Shown here one piece after another: positions 42,001 through 51,555 of a stretch of DNA of 64,000 bases; position 1 is the stretch's first letter; every line of letters begins with the position of its first letter. The DNA is from Phoronis australis. Taxonomy: Eukaryota; Animalia; Phoronida. The stretch spans positions 331,250 through 395,249 of the forward strand of contig NMRA01000206.1 of the NCBI GenBank assembly GCA_002633005.1, given 5' to 3'. A program made the translations under genes and the position numbers. Below the pieces are notes generated by a model that worked only from the letters and a program-made list of their open reading frames with translations, searched no databases and was not told where the DNA came from.

Positions 42001-42911
42001 TGAGGGAATTTTCAAATCTCAAACCTCAAAATAAAATTTCTTTTGACAACAACCTCTACCATATCATTTTTGCAAAAAAAAACATTAAGGACAAAACAGG
42101 TTTTAATATTTAAAAGCAAAAATATTTATTAACACAATTCTAGCAATGTATTATTTTGATGACAGCTATTATAGTTGAGAAAGTTCAAAGTCAAAATTAC
42201 ACACACTACAAAAAGATGTTATTGTAGACAAAAATAGCCTCGTAATCCAATTCATACAAGGCCCTGGTCGTTATTTCCTTGTGTAAAAATTGTAGCTATC
42301 ATACATTATTTGCTAAAATCTGATTTTTTAGCAGAATTTTCTCAGGCCTCAAGCTGAACGACAAGCTTGTTTCGATTACCGGTGACGTTTTCATGATCAG
42401 CTTTACTAAAAAAGCTAGCCAACATTTCGTGACTAGCCGATGGACAGTAAAAGTTGCAAGAATTATGAGTTTTGCTGTCCATTGAAACTTTTTATACCTT
42501 TATCGAATTTATCCTATTGGTGGCGTTATGAGCTCTTATATAATACAATGTGCTTTCACTGTGGCCGGGTTTTGCGTTCATCGAGTAACTGTACGGCAGA
42601 CCCTGCGTGCTGACTCATGGTATACTCGTATAGCCAAGTCGCTGGATTTCGGCCAGTGCGTGGTTGTTCGTCCACTTTGAAAAACTTCGCCACAGTTAGA
42701 CGACAGTTTCGGCCCAACTGACTAACTCTTTACAATAATGTACTGAACCAGCCACCAGGCTAAGGCCCGGGGGTGTAAATCAAATTCTGAAAAAAAAAAC
42801 AATTCAAACTTTCAGAAATGAAGTGGACTTACCGTCAACATGGTCGCAAATTGTCACGAAAACGATGCAAACCAGAAATCCAGTGACCGGCACAAGTCCG
42901 CGACGTGCCAT
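1..42911 (-). CDS. LRP2: LRP2/megalin-like LDL-receptor family protein, 5' 37 exons (3' end lies beyond window start)
   Basis: 37 GT-AG exons join in one frame (~5,940 nt). Order: signal peptide, LDLa, EGF-EGF, YWTD propeller, EGF, propeller, EGF, 8 LDLa, EGF-EGF, propellers. Motifs that resemble LRP2 rather than LRP1: [82 protein letters not shown]. Orthologue versus paralogue not resolved. Confidence 0.9.
1274..1412 (-). CDS. LRP2: LRP2-like exon 36, propeller 5
   Basis: GNLYFTNAF...[11 protein letters not shown]. Confidence 0.9.
2358..2531 (-). CDS. LRP2: LRP2-like exon 35, propeller 5
   Basis: IYWADFS...[11 protein letters not shown]. Confidence 0.9.
3587..3688 (-). CDS. LRP2: LRP2-like exon 34, start of propeller 5
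   Basis: [13 protein letters not shown]...EPMVPIA. Confidence 0.88.
4123..4245 (-). CDS. LRP2: LRP2-like exon 33, EGF-like
   Basis: [14 protein letters not shown]...CACGMGF. Confidence 0.9.
4735..4840 (+). repeat. Fragment of a dispersed repeat also seen near 32050-32150, 40375-40412 and 31215-31240
   Basis: Shared core CCAAATGTT(G/A)TTT...TCTACAC..GTA. Confidence 0.55.
5099..5324 (-). CDS. LRP2: LRP2-like exon 32, end of propeller 4
   Basis: [15 protein letters not shown]; phase 0-1. Confidence 0.88.
5436..5686. repeat. 43-bp minisatellite, ~5.8 copies
   Basis: AGACTTATGATATCAGATGAGATATCACATGGCACACGTTG(T/C)A starting at 5436, 5479, 5522, 5565, 5608, 5651. Confidence 0.95.
5723..5802. repeat. 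Perfect 40-bp tandem duplication
   Basis: ATTCAGTGAATAACTTGTAAACAGGTTTGTCCAAGGGTTC x2. Confidence 0.95.
6255..6400. repeat. ~25-bp degenerate minisatellite next to the exon 31 donor
   Basis: CCTAAAGCTC(C/T)(A/G)TTCTCACCCCAC-like unit, about 5 copies. Confidence 0.8.
6406..6580 (-). CDS. LRP2: LRP2-like exon 31, propeller 4
   Basis: [22 protein letters not shown]...LYWTE. Confidence 0.9.
7239..7492 (-). CDS. LRP2: LRP2-like exon 30, propeller 4
   Basis: [14 protein letters not shown]...LAVDPGQG. Confidence 0.92.
8131..8300 (-). CDS. LRP2: LRP2-like exon 29, propeller 4
   Basis: [18 protein letters not shown]...IYWSD. Confidence 0.9.
9165..9296 (-). CDS. LRP2: LRP2-like exon 28, EGF-like
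   Basis: [14 protein letters not shown]...YTCACPVG. Confidence 0.9.
9871..10048 (-). CDS. LRP2: LRP2-like exon 27, end of propeller 3
   Basis: [16 protein letters not shown]...HPVRQP. Confidence 0.92.
10729..10951 (-). CDS. LRP2: LRP2-like exon 26, propeller 3
   Basis: [19 protein letters not shown]. Confidence 0.92.
11244..11264. repeat. (AAT)7 microsatellite
   Basis: read directly. Confidence 0.9.
11391..11575 (-). CDS. LRP2: LRP2-like exon 25, propeller 3
   Basis: [17 protein letters not shown]...PRAIVLDPR. Confidence 0.92.
11850..12058 (-). CDS. LRP2: LRP2-like exon 24, propeller 3
   Basis: [15 protein letters not shown]. Confidence 0.9.
12726..12851 (-). CDS. LRP2: LRP2-like exon 23, calcium-binding EGF
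   Basis: DIDEC...[16 protein letters not shown]; uncommon AAG acceptor. Confidence 0.9.
13230..13349 (-). CDS. LRP2: LRP2-like exon 22, EGF-like
   Basis: [26 protein letters not shown]. Confidence 0.9.
   Translation of the reverse strand, partial: TRTVVASTMEDVVMVVRRHLLAPSVTAPSVRNSMEPRLV
14056..14190 (-). CDS. LRP2: LRP2-like exon 21, eighth LDLa of cluster II
   Basis: [24 protein letters not shown]. Confidence 0.9.
14833..14940 (-). CDS. LRP2: LRP2-like exon 20, LDLa
   Basis: [34 protein letters not shown]. Confidence 0.9.
15970..16113 (-). CDS. LRP2: LRP2-like exon 19, LDLa
   Basis: [15 protein letters not shown]...[13 protein letters not shown]. Confidence 0.9.
17672..17896 (-). CDS. 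LRP2: LRP2-like exon 18, two LDLa
   Basis: [13 protein letters not shown] and [13 protein letters not shown]. Confidence 0.9.
18827..18946 (-). CDS. LRP2: LRP2-like exon 17, LDLa
   Basis: [40 protein letters not shown]. Confidence 0.9.
18931..19227. repeat. 24-29-bp minisatellite (~11 units) built from the exon 17 acceptor junction
   Basis: CAGGTACT(N)nTGTTACCTGGAATA repeated; the first unit spans the true splice site at 18946/18947. Confidence 0.92.
19386..19502 (-). CDS. LRP2: LRP2-like exon 16, LDLa
   Basis: [36 protein letters not shown]. Confidence 0.9.
19737..20012 (-). CDS. LRP2: LRP2-like exon 15, EGF plus first LDLa of cluster II
   Basis: [30 protein letters not shown]; exon may instead end at 19746 (same phase). 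Confidence 0.88.
20231..21797. repeat. ~570-bp near-identical duplication (20231-20803 vs 21229-21797) around an N at 21228; probable uncollapsed haplotypes
   Basis: Second copy starts immediately after the N; roughly 15 substitutions or small indels by eye. Confidence 0.85.
20804..21227. mobile_element. One end of a putative DNA transposon, truncated at the assembly gap
   Basis: Begins CAGGGCTTGGAATAACC (CAGGG termini are common in hAT-type elements), is CpG-rich unlike its flanks, and is absent after the second duplicate copy. Confidence 0.55.
21829..21978 (-). CDS. LRP2: LRP2-like exon 14, end of propeller 2
   Basis: DYIYYTDW...FDRALQQP. Confidence 0.9.
22442..22530 (-). CDS. LRP2: LRP2-like exon 13, propeller 2
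   Basis: [14 protein letters not shown]...HPFAL; phase 2-1. Confidence 0.85.
23388..23570 (-). CDS. LRP2: LRP2-like exon 12, propeller 2
   Basis: YLYFTDW...[21 protein letters not shown]. Confidence 0.9.
24019..24214 (-). CDS. LRP2: LRP2-like exon 11, propeller 2
   Basis: [17 protein letters not shown]...[10 protein letters not shown]. Confidence 0.9.
24949..25167 (-). CDS. LRP2: LRP2-like exon 10, propeller 2
   Basis: [15 protein letters not shown]...FIGLDY...IYYSD. Confidence 0.9.
25612..25806. mobile_element. MITE family A, copy 1 (~190 bp, ~60-bp imperfect TIRs, TA flanks)
   Basis: TA-GACCTTATTCACGCAGTCGCCATTTT...AAAATGGCGACTACATGAATAAGGTG-TA; homologous copy at 53822-54009. Confidence 0.85.
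26510..26644 (-). CDS. LRP2: LRP2-like exon 9, EGF-like
   Basis: CQHLCV...[19 protein letters not shown]. Confidence 0.9.
26927..27123 (-). CDS. LRP2: LRP2-like exon 8, end of propeller 1
   Basis: [12 protein letters not shown]...YHAVRQP; phase 2-1. Confidence 0.9.
27136..27305. repeat. 34-bp minisatellite, 5 copies, next to the exon 8 acceptor
   Basis: TAAGGTCA(A/G)AGTTCAGCACTCTCACCACTACATG at 27136, 27170, 27204, 27238, 27272. Confidence 0.93.
27597..27791 (-). CDS. LRP2: LRP2-like exon 7, propeller 1
   Basis: [11 protein letters not shown]...[18 protein letters not shown]; phase 2-2. Confidence 0.9.
28378..28601 (-). CDS. LRP2: LRP2-like exon 6, propeller 1
   Basis: [17 protein letters not shown]...[11 protein letters not shown]; phase 0-2. 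Confidence 0.9.
29386..29558 (-). CDS. LRP2: LRP2-like exon 5, propeller 1
   Basis: [17 protein letters not shown]; phase 1-0. Confidence 0.85.
29791..29916 (-). CDS. LRP2: LRP2-like exon 4, calcium-binding EGF
   Basis: [26 protein letters not shown]; 126 nt. Confidence 0.9.
30822..30941 (-). CDS. LRP2: LRP2-like exon 3, EGF-like
   Basis: [36 protein letters not shown]; 120 nt, phase 1-1. Confidence 0.9.
31757..31885 (-). CDS. LRP2: LRP2-like exon 2, LDLa ([37 protein letters not shown])
   Basis: tttcag|...|gtaagt, 129 nt, phase 1-1, six Cys and acidic motif. Confidence 0.9.
34018..35632. repeat. ~806-bp near-identical tandem duplication split by an N at 34824; probable assembly or haplotype artefact
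   Basis: 34018-34823 vs 34825-35632 differ at only about 10 positions; identical ORFs 34499..34723 and 35308..35532. Confidence 0.88.
36049..36428. mobile_element. Putative MITE (~380 bp)
   Basis: Imperfect TIRs GCCTTTCATA...GTGGA / TCCAC.TATGAAAAGGC; repeated internal GTTAAC motifs. Confidence 0.5.
37214..37637. mobile_element. Putative MITE (~420 bp) with imperfect TIRs and TA ends
   Basis: TAGTGCCGTTTACAC... / ...GTCTAAACTGGACTA; exact internal inverted 17-mer CTGACACGGAGCAAATT / AATTTGCTCCGTGTCAG. Confidence 0.65.
38170..38405 (+). repeat. Dispersed repeat fragment, homologous to 63190-63360
   Basis: Shared colinear blocks GTCAC(A/G)CGACCAT, TATTCAAGATGAAAT, GTTACAGTTTTCTAAAT, TGCAACTTT. 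Confidence 0.7.
40440..40620. mobile_element. Palindrome-rich MITE-like fragment
   Basis: CTTTCCCATT / AATGGGAAAG inverted pair; repeated GAAACTT(T/C)G and CGAAGTT motifs. Confidence 0.45.
41365..41500. mobile_element. Possible DNA-transposon end with subterminal repeats
   Basis: About 5 copies of a TTCAAACATGGCT-like motif, ending GAGAACACCG (reverse complement CGGTGTTCTC); partner end not found. Confidence 0.35.
42833..42911 (-). CDS. LRP2: LRP2-like exon 1, signal peptide [26 protein letters not shown](G)
   Basis: ATG at 42911, basic N-region plus hydrophobic core, G|gtaagt donor, phase 1 matching exon 2. Confidence 0.8.
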
Positions 42912-44329
42912 GTCTGAAGTCTTCCAGCGCATTGCCGAATCGTGTTAGCCACCAAACACTTCGCCGTTGCGTCAACTATTGTTAAAGGTACTAAAACTTC
43001 CCGTGTCAACAAGGGCGTAAGCGCCATTCAGTAAAATTGTACAGCTGCAGAATGGAGCCCCAAACGATGAATAAAGAAACTATCCCTGTGATCCAAACTT
43101 GCACGCCACCATCGGGACAAACCTCAAAAGACAACATACGCCCGTGAAAATAATGGAAATTAGCACAACCAGCAGCGACTCAAGAACGCTTGAAAGTTTA
43201 TTGGAGTAAGCCAATCCTGAACTTGCGAAATTCGAAAATGCCTTAGCCTGTGAGTTGAGTTGGTAACCAAAATAAAACCCGATCATCGTAAGGATTACAT
43301 TGTGAAAACTGTTTTATTAGAGTATTAGCCTAGACAAGATTATTCGAGTTTTGTTTTTAGCGAAGTAAACAAGGCGAACACAACTGAAATAATCAGATGA
43401 ACACGCAATGGTTTTGCTGAAATATTCATTTCTATTACGTCTTTAATGTACACATCCAACGTCCTAAGAAAAGACTCACGTTGTTCCGCGACACCCACTA
43501 AATAGGCCTAAAAATAACAATTGGTCTATAAAGAAGCGTAATGTGTGTAATCTACCTGTACTCAATAAAACGGCAAAATAGGATACACCAAATTCGCTCA
43601 AAGGTAGCTTCCTAAACTTATGAATTATACGCGTGTTATATGATACGCCTAACTCGTTGTTCAGTTTCATGTTTAACCCGGTTAAACTTAACCTTTTTAT
43701 AACTACGATCATTCCTTCTAAAATAATTAGGACTATGTCCTGTAGCTTGTGAAGTGTTGGAAAATGCAAAATAGAAGGCTGCGAAAGAAATGGTCATAAA
43801 TGTATGCAGTCAATCTTCTCGACTGGAGAAGTCTGCAGTCGATCCGGGAACTTCCGTGTATCACTTAAACAAGGCATTCTCTTCTGGACACCCAAGCCCC
43901 CTCCCCCAAATAGGCAAATGCATTCCCGGAATCCGCCTTCGTGACCTAGCCACAACAGATACACAATAACAGCCTAGTACTAGGGTGCCATGTTCGTGTC
44001 AGTCTGTGTTTGACCATGCAACTATGGCATACGAAAACAGAAGAATTCAGAATACACAAATCCAACTCAAGAGAAGTTGGCAATTTGCAACTCAATTTTG
44101 TAGGCTTATTGAACTCACTAAAAGAAACATCGAATGTGGATTACACACTTAGAAACGGCTGGCTGTTTACAATTAAAGTTATCGTGAAGATATTAGCAGA
44201 GGTCATCACTATATTTTTGGTTTTTGCAATCAAAAGGCTCGACAATTCTGATCTGTCATGTCATATGTTTACATTTTAATGAAACATTTTTGTTTATTTC
44301 AATTGCGTTAAGTACGGTCAGTTCACAAG

Positions 44330-44490
44330 TAGCTAAAATGGCCACAATAGAATAATGGGAAACTACGTGACGTCATGACATCCGGTTTCGCGAAATGGGA
44401 AAATGCTGTTTTCTGTTTATTGAACGTAAAAGGCCTAAAACTACTGGGTTCAGTCTCACGTCCGGGTTCTTTGCTAAAAATGGCGTATCA
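44330..44490. promoter_or_regulatory. Candidate promoter or enhancer motif cluster upstream of LRP2
   Basis: CRE palindrome TGACGTCA (44368-44375), adjacent ATCCGG and TTCGCGAA, two YY1-like AAAATGGC; motif matches only. Confidence 0.25.
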
Positions 44491-46844
44491 GGATTGGTGG
44501 ATAGATGCAGGTTTTTTATTCTTACAACTGTAGATACGGCCTCAGTCCTCATGAGCTCTCATTTCCCAAGAAAATGAATCATATCTACTTCAACTAGAAC
44601 AACTTTCAGTGAGATTATATTCATAATGGTTAGTTCAACCAAACCTAGTTTTTGTGAAGGAAGGTGGGTTTAGAGCTACTTTAAACGTGAAAATTGTTAA
44701 CTCCGACCCCTGGGCGAATGTCTGTCGAACAAACGGGTAAGCGAGCAGGTAATTGCTTGATTCCACTATTTGCTTAACGTCAAATATTTCTGTCGCATTA
44801 GAGTTCTTTACCCATTTGTGTTTACAGGTAGATATCCTATATTTTTTCATGGAATGTTTTGAACAGTTTCGCCCCTGGTATCTGATCTCACTGTCTGATT
44901 TCCACGTTTGCCAGATTACGGAGATTGGTTCATACGCGGAGTGTCAGGATATGTAGTTATGACATCAATTACGAAAAACCCAATAGAAGCGCTGGCGTTT
45001 ATTTCGCATTTGCGGAAACCCTAGTCCAACTTTTACTGGAAGTCGGTCCATTTTTTTGAATCTCTTGCAAATAATTCAAACAGGCCTGCAGCGCAACCCT
45101 GACACTAGCGCATAATCCAGTCAGAGCATTCGGGCAGTTTGTTTCATGGTTTACGTGGTCGTGCATGACCATAGAATAACAACTGTTGGCCAGTCAAGGT
45201 CTGGCGTGTTTCATAAATCAAGTATTTTAATACTGAGCTGCTTTTGTTGTGTATCCCTGACGTGATTTTTTAAATTGTTTGTCACCTAACGATTTTTGCG
45301 CCATGCAGTATATTAGTCTCTGGTCGAATTCATTACTTCCGCAAAGTTTGTTAGTCAAGCGAATTTTTTGTTAGTTAACAAGAAATCAGCTGCCATTCTC
45401 AACTGATGGAAATGAAATTTGCACAGAACGTCTTTTCGTAACCCTGGAACCCCTGTCGCTTTTGATTGAAACTAGACTGGAACGAATGCTGTTCAAGCCA
45501 ACCTTAAACGTTGAGTTCCACAGAGCTGAGTGTCTGCGGTTAAAAAACTCTATGTAAATTTATTTAACGAGGTTTTGGTTGAAGACGGGTGTTACGAGTG
45601 AAGTGACCTTTATCAGCATTTTCTCACGTGTTATAGACTATTGCTCGCAGGGTTGGTAAAATATTTTCGTAGTTTAAAATGGAGTGTTACCGATTTTTCT
45701 CTCATTACGACTGCCTCAAAAAGTCATCCAATCTTGACCGAGTATGACTTTTTGTCCGAATATGTGTATGGAAGACGAATATAATTTTGTCTGCCCAGCA
45801 TAGAATAGGGTGGGGCAAGACGACCTGGCTAAGCGAGAACGTCCGCTAATTTAATTTTCCGTTGAACTTTCAAAAATCAGAAACTAATGAATGACGACTC
45901 TCTCATGTTATCCTCCTTAATTACTATGAACCAGTTGATTTGCCTTGCCCACCACTTAAAAACCGTTAGGGCGTTTTACCTCTTTCTTGAGTCAAATCGC
46001 CCACCTTTTTGCGGTAAAATGCCCAAGGGTAGGCGTTGGGCTTCGGATCGCAGATTACCAACAAAAATGAAAGTTTATTCAAATTTTCTCAAATTTTAAT
46101 TACTTAAATAATGTCATGATAGAGGAGACGGATTACTAAGCCTGTAACAAAATAATGTTTATCTATGTGTAATAATAAAATATCTTATGGCATGTCGATA
46201 CTTATAATGCATTACTGCCTCAGCTTAACGTGACTAAAACGTATTTCAATCGTTCAGTGTTTAATTGTCTCTCCAAAAATAAGTATTAAGAACAGTTGAC
46301 TCAAAATTACGGATATGTTCATTGACTGGAAGGCAAAGCGTCTGACATTACAATCACGTCATCATCCTGTATGCCTACAAGTCGATGATATTTCCATGAC
46401 TGGTGTAATCGCTGTACAATATACACGGGCCCTGATGAATCGTCCCAGGTTTTGCTACAAGTTCATTTGTCGTGGTGCGCGTGTTGGAATGCCTTGCTTC
46501 AGCGGAAAAGTAGAAGTTTCAGCTTGGGGGTTGTCAAACGTAATTTTTCCAATTACCTAAAACCTTGAATGTTCAGATTAGACGAAGAAGTGTAAGCAGA
46601 CGCGTTATTATTTTCGGAAATGTTACCTGTACTGCCAGTTACCTTTTCTAGAGGCTTTTTGGCCAAATTGACACTTTCCATTTATTTTTAAAGGTATCAT
46701 GAACCCTTTCAGTCGATTTTTGGAAACGTGAAACAAACAAAAATAGCGTTTCCTAAAACTGGAAATGGTAACACGCTGAGCAAGTTACGAAACTGTTACG
46801 GTCAAGGCTGTAGGGGTGTGAAACCCCGGCTTTTTAATTCTCAG

Positions 46845-46910
46845 TGATACAACTGCGCCTTGGCTGATACAACTGCGCCTTGGCTTATACAACTGCGCCT
46901 TGGCTGAGAC
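46845..46910. repeat. 20-bp tandem repeat, ~3.3 copies
   Basis: TGATACAACTGCGCCTTGGC. Confidence 0.93.
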
Positions 46911-49900
46911 GCAGCTTTGCAATCTATCCTCAACTGGTGATACGATTTGCCTTTGACTTCAGCGATGATTCCAGAAGCAGGTAATAGAACCAAAACAACA
47001 GCACCTTCAGCCTGTCAGAGATACAGTGTTTGCTATGTGTGACCTAATCGGTGACAGCCCTGAGAGGGACAAGAAGCCGCGACCTCAGTGATCGCATTCG
47101 GCCACTTTACCATTAGGGTCACGACCAGTTGGGTAGCCGGGGTATTATAATCGTATTCAAATGATAAGCTCAAGAGCCTCAATTTCATATTTTACTAAAA
47201 TGCTGGAACCCAACGTCGGCTAGCTGTGACTTTAGAAGGTGCTTTTTATAGTTTTGACAATAGGTAATTACTCCAAGTCTGGCTAACGTACAATATTCTT
47301 ACAACATGCGCTTTTCGGCCCTCTACTGATTGTACAGCGCCATCTTTGAATGCCGTTGTCTTGGTTCATGTTTTAGGATGGAACCCTTTGTTTTGTTGTT
47401 TATTTATTTTTTTAAAATTTTCAAGTATTTATTATAATTGATAAACAAGTACAAAAACAAACAAATAAGTACACCCATTCATTCACGCATGCACACCTCA
47501 GGAGAGATTGCTTATTTATTATAATCGACTCAGAGCATAACGTTTTTAACTACACATGATGAAACCATACACCAAATGGTATTTACTGTTAACCGGATTC
47601 AAAGGGTGTGCTGACTCGACTCATTCTAGTTAGTCCGCGGGTCTATTTTGACCGCTGCGTGGGATTTTAATATCGTTTTTAAAAAACTCGAGTAAGAAGA
47701 TTCAAACTTCCATGCCAAATTGTCCAAAAACGAATTAAAAAAGTCACATTCAAATCAATTGGTAGTCATGCTTGAATCATAGTGATTTTTCATCAATTTT
47801 TTAACCATTCATTTGGACGTCGATAGTTAAGTTAGTGAATAAGTCAAAAAGTATTAGCAGTATGTATTGATATTTTACAGGCATTCAAACAAAAATTTTG
47901 AAAGAGCACTACTATTTCAACTATACTACGATAACATTGCGTTTAACTCTACAAACTGAAGTATAATCTGATCCAAGTTACCAACAGCTGTGATATTTTT
48001 GCTACATTGTTTTATTTTTCACTTTCTGTTCTTTTTTTCTGCTAAAAACTGTCGGCTCATTGTTTAAGAAATTACACCATTGTATCAGCTGAGTGTTTTA
48101 CTTTGTCAGTTGAACTAAGTTATCTCATCATTCTTTGCCCATCTTTAATCAGAGGGCTGGCCTTTGTACGTCTATCGAGTACCCCAATCATTGAGCGGCG
48201 ATACATTTCATGAAAATCCAAAGCTTAGGTCGGACCTTTTGTTGTTTAGTCTGCAATTTTTTTACCTGTGTAAACGGCTTAACAAACTCGTCACTATCAT
48301 ATATCTGATATTCAGTTTCTGGGTGGCCATACTGTTTCGCTTAATTCACTGCATTGAGAGAGCGATTAGGACATCATCGACGGATAAAGAAGACGCTTCT
48401 CAAATCTTGGATGGATATTTTTGCAAACCTGATGGCCCAACTTCTTTTATCTCTTTATCCAATAATTTCGATAGTTATGGGGTGTCAGACCTCCGCCATC
48501 CAAAACAGTTACGCCCCTGGCCTGCTTGTTCTCGTTGGTGTCGCATTATTACCAATTTTGGCGTCGTCCTCGCTTGGTCTACTTCGCCTTGACTTTGGAT
48601 CCTTGGATAACTTTCGATTTGTTATTTGTTTTAATAATAATGACATTAAACAATGTCAACTTTATGTTGTTATCGTCATTGGTAAGCTCCGCCATCTATC
48701 GAGAATTTATGATCCGCTAGATGTCCCAGTAGTCAAATATGGCGTCTGTGGAAACCGTGTCGAACATTTGAAAACACTGGTTTGTTCTTAATTATTTACA
48801 ATTAATTCATACTTCTGGACACCAATCTTAAACTGGAGTAACAGTGTATTATTTTATTTGTGTATAAGTACGGAAATTTGTCAAAATCAACCTCATTACC
48901 CAGATGTCGGTGAACTCTATTTTGGCTTAAACTAGTGAGTAGTGACGTGTAGTTAACGATTCATCCGGCGTGGGTGCCCACTAGACNTTAGGCCGACTTG
49001 GGGGTCTAAATTGCACCCTCTCTCGGTGAAATCAAAACGAGGCAACGCTGTAAAAAACGAGACGGTGTCGGACATTGAATGCATTACAACGGAACAAAAA
49101 TTGGTGTCATTTAATTCTCAGATTATGCTTCAAGTAAGATTCTATGAAATGTCCGATATTTAGGTTCCGTCCGATAATTAGGTACACTATGTGTAGTGGT
49201 CGTATAAGTATGGTGGACCCTGCTTTAGAGAACCAGACAATCACTGAATGAGAGGGCCGTTGTGTAGTGGGTGAAACTGGTTCACTAAGTCAATGCCCAC
49301 AAGTTCACAAGCACAGGCACTCTCATCAGCTGTTTGAGGTTACAATGATTTATAAATGAATGGCTAGTAAAAAGGCCGAAAGATGCCAGTGATCAGAAAA
49401 CCAGTTTATCAAGTGTTCTTGGAATATATTTTCGAATAAAATACTAGCTCCAACCAATACTGAAATAAATTGTTTTGTGTAAGATAGATAAAAAGTTTTG
49501 TATTGTCGGGATACCTATCGTCGTCAGGCTCCAGTGGTCCTCCGTCATCTTCTTTCGCGTGCAGCGCAGCCACGCGGGACTTAGCATTCCAATCTAGAGT
49601 GCTCGTCTGCATGTTAGGTACTAACCTCTGGGGAGAAACACGCATGAAAGAACTAAGACGATAATCGGTGCATTTACCTACTGTTTTTTGAGACCACTTA
49701 AAAACTTGTAGATTTTACTATAAATGCACTTTTTTGTTCATTTTCAGAAGATATATTTTCGAAATTAAATTTTCTTCAGACAGAACAAAAACCAACTCAG
49801 ATATTGTTTATGCAATGTATCTATTTGTCCCAGGCACCAACCGACACCTGCTAAGCCAGAGGAAAAACGCAGCAGACAAATGCAGCACGCTGGGTGCTTT

Positions 49901-50160
49901 ACAGTTTCGGCTCACGTATTCGTCATCAAAATATTGTACACTTGTTTTTTACTGCAAAACACAGTACTGAGCTCAACATTTATGTTGAAATTTTTGGTTC
50001 AGGTATTTTGGATTTATTTGAAGAAAATTAAAATACTTGAATTGATAATAGAGAGTGGTCACCAATAAAGTAAAGCATTGACTTTACAACACAGCATAAT
50101 TAAAAATAAAAAAAGAGATTGAGCAATAAATTGCAAATGTAAAAAAAACAAAAAAAAAAA

Positions 50161-50461
50161 CAGTGCAGGTGGTCTGATGTCATTTGCGGTGCATCAGACG
50201 TGCGCAGGCCTCATGGTTGGGCCCATTGCACAAAACACCTGAGCAAAGGCACGAGACCCCAATTATGGCTCCTCGTGAAGAAAGTTTTCAAGTCTGCCAG
50301 TCTCCTTTAGGAAAACGGACAGACGTTTCCATTTGTTGCCATGCACTATATGTTGTAGGCATGTAACAATGCCATCCAGTAGGTTGCTCCTTAGCCTATA
50401 AAAAGCTGTGCAAGACTCTACCAGGTGCAAATGTAACTTGGGTATTTATTTATTTATTTAT
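50161..50461 (+). mobile_element. Putative 5'-truncated SINE/LINE 3' end; multi-hairpin body with (ATTT)n tail
   Basis: GC-richer block directly after an A-run and ending in TATT repeats; consecutive stem-loops. Confidence 0.4.
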
Positions 50462-51555
50462 GGTTGCAGAAGTCTGTTGAAGGTGAGAAAAAATCAAACA
50501 ATATGATATTGGGTAATTTATTTGAACAACTACATCGAGGTTCTATGATCAACTTCCGCCGACCAAGTCTCAAAGGGTTACATTTCTGTTTTGGCTGACA
50601 AGGTGTTAACAGAGAATAAAGAGAAACTGAAAAGAAAAAGAATGACAACACAGATAAGTGCTATTAAGAACAACAAGAGCAAAAAGTCAAATAAAGAGGT
50701 CACAAATAGAAAAAAGTAAGGTCTATCTGGAATAAAACAATCACGATTTATTTTCCAAAACTGAAATTCTGAATCAATTTTAATCGATTTAAAAATCGAT
50801 ATCATACCAGTAAAATAGTTTGTGGTTGTATACCACTTTCCACTATTTTCTTGGCCTTTTTCTGTGTGGTTTGCTGTTCTTTCAAAAGGCGGCAGCATAT
50901 GACGACCATAGGTGTCATTATAAAATGGCTGCCGAAAAGCAATGCACAGTTGAAACAACTCGGTATAAGTAAAAGAAAACTTTTGAATCAGCGGATACTA
51001 TATATTTGTGAGAGTTAAATCAAATCCTATTCAGAGCATAACTTTCAAATGGAATAATTGGGTGAGTACGACAACAAGCCGGTTTCATGTTTAAGCGGAC
51101 GACCATTGGGTACCTGAGTATATAATAATTCTTCAAAGTGTGTGGACTTTCCTTGGTGACATACTTTAGTTATACTGGGATAATTGTATCCTTTCTGGTA
51201 CAAAACTTGACTTGGGTTAAAAATGCACACTTGAAAAAAACTATTGATGGGATGTTCAGCACTCGTATTTGCAGGTTTGCACTCACAAAAAGTGATGGCC
51301 AAAAAGGCAATTTCTTACTCATATTCAAGTTTTTCTACTCTACTCGTATTTTCGAGGATGTGCTCGCTTATGTCCAGCCCTGCAGTTAATGCTCACTTTT
51401 GGGTAACAGCACACGGCTGAGTTTTCATCATAACATTTGAATACCTATGTTTTGTTGCTCTCTTGTGTTTCTCAATTCTCAAAGTTTAAATTGCCTGCAT
51501 TGACCCAACTGGATGTAGAAGATAACTTATTCACTGGCTGTGGCTTGTTGTAGAA

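Noticed and set aside
1-42911. Assignment as LRP1/LRP1B because of the short cluster I
   Set aside because: Several segments resemble LRP2 motifs instead ([40 protein letters not shown]); a phylogeny would be decisive
48164-49645. Longest intergenic ORFs (142-145 aa) and a 78-aa minus-strand ORF as a hidden gene or transposase
   Set aside because: No recognisable domain and no consistent exon chain that I could build
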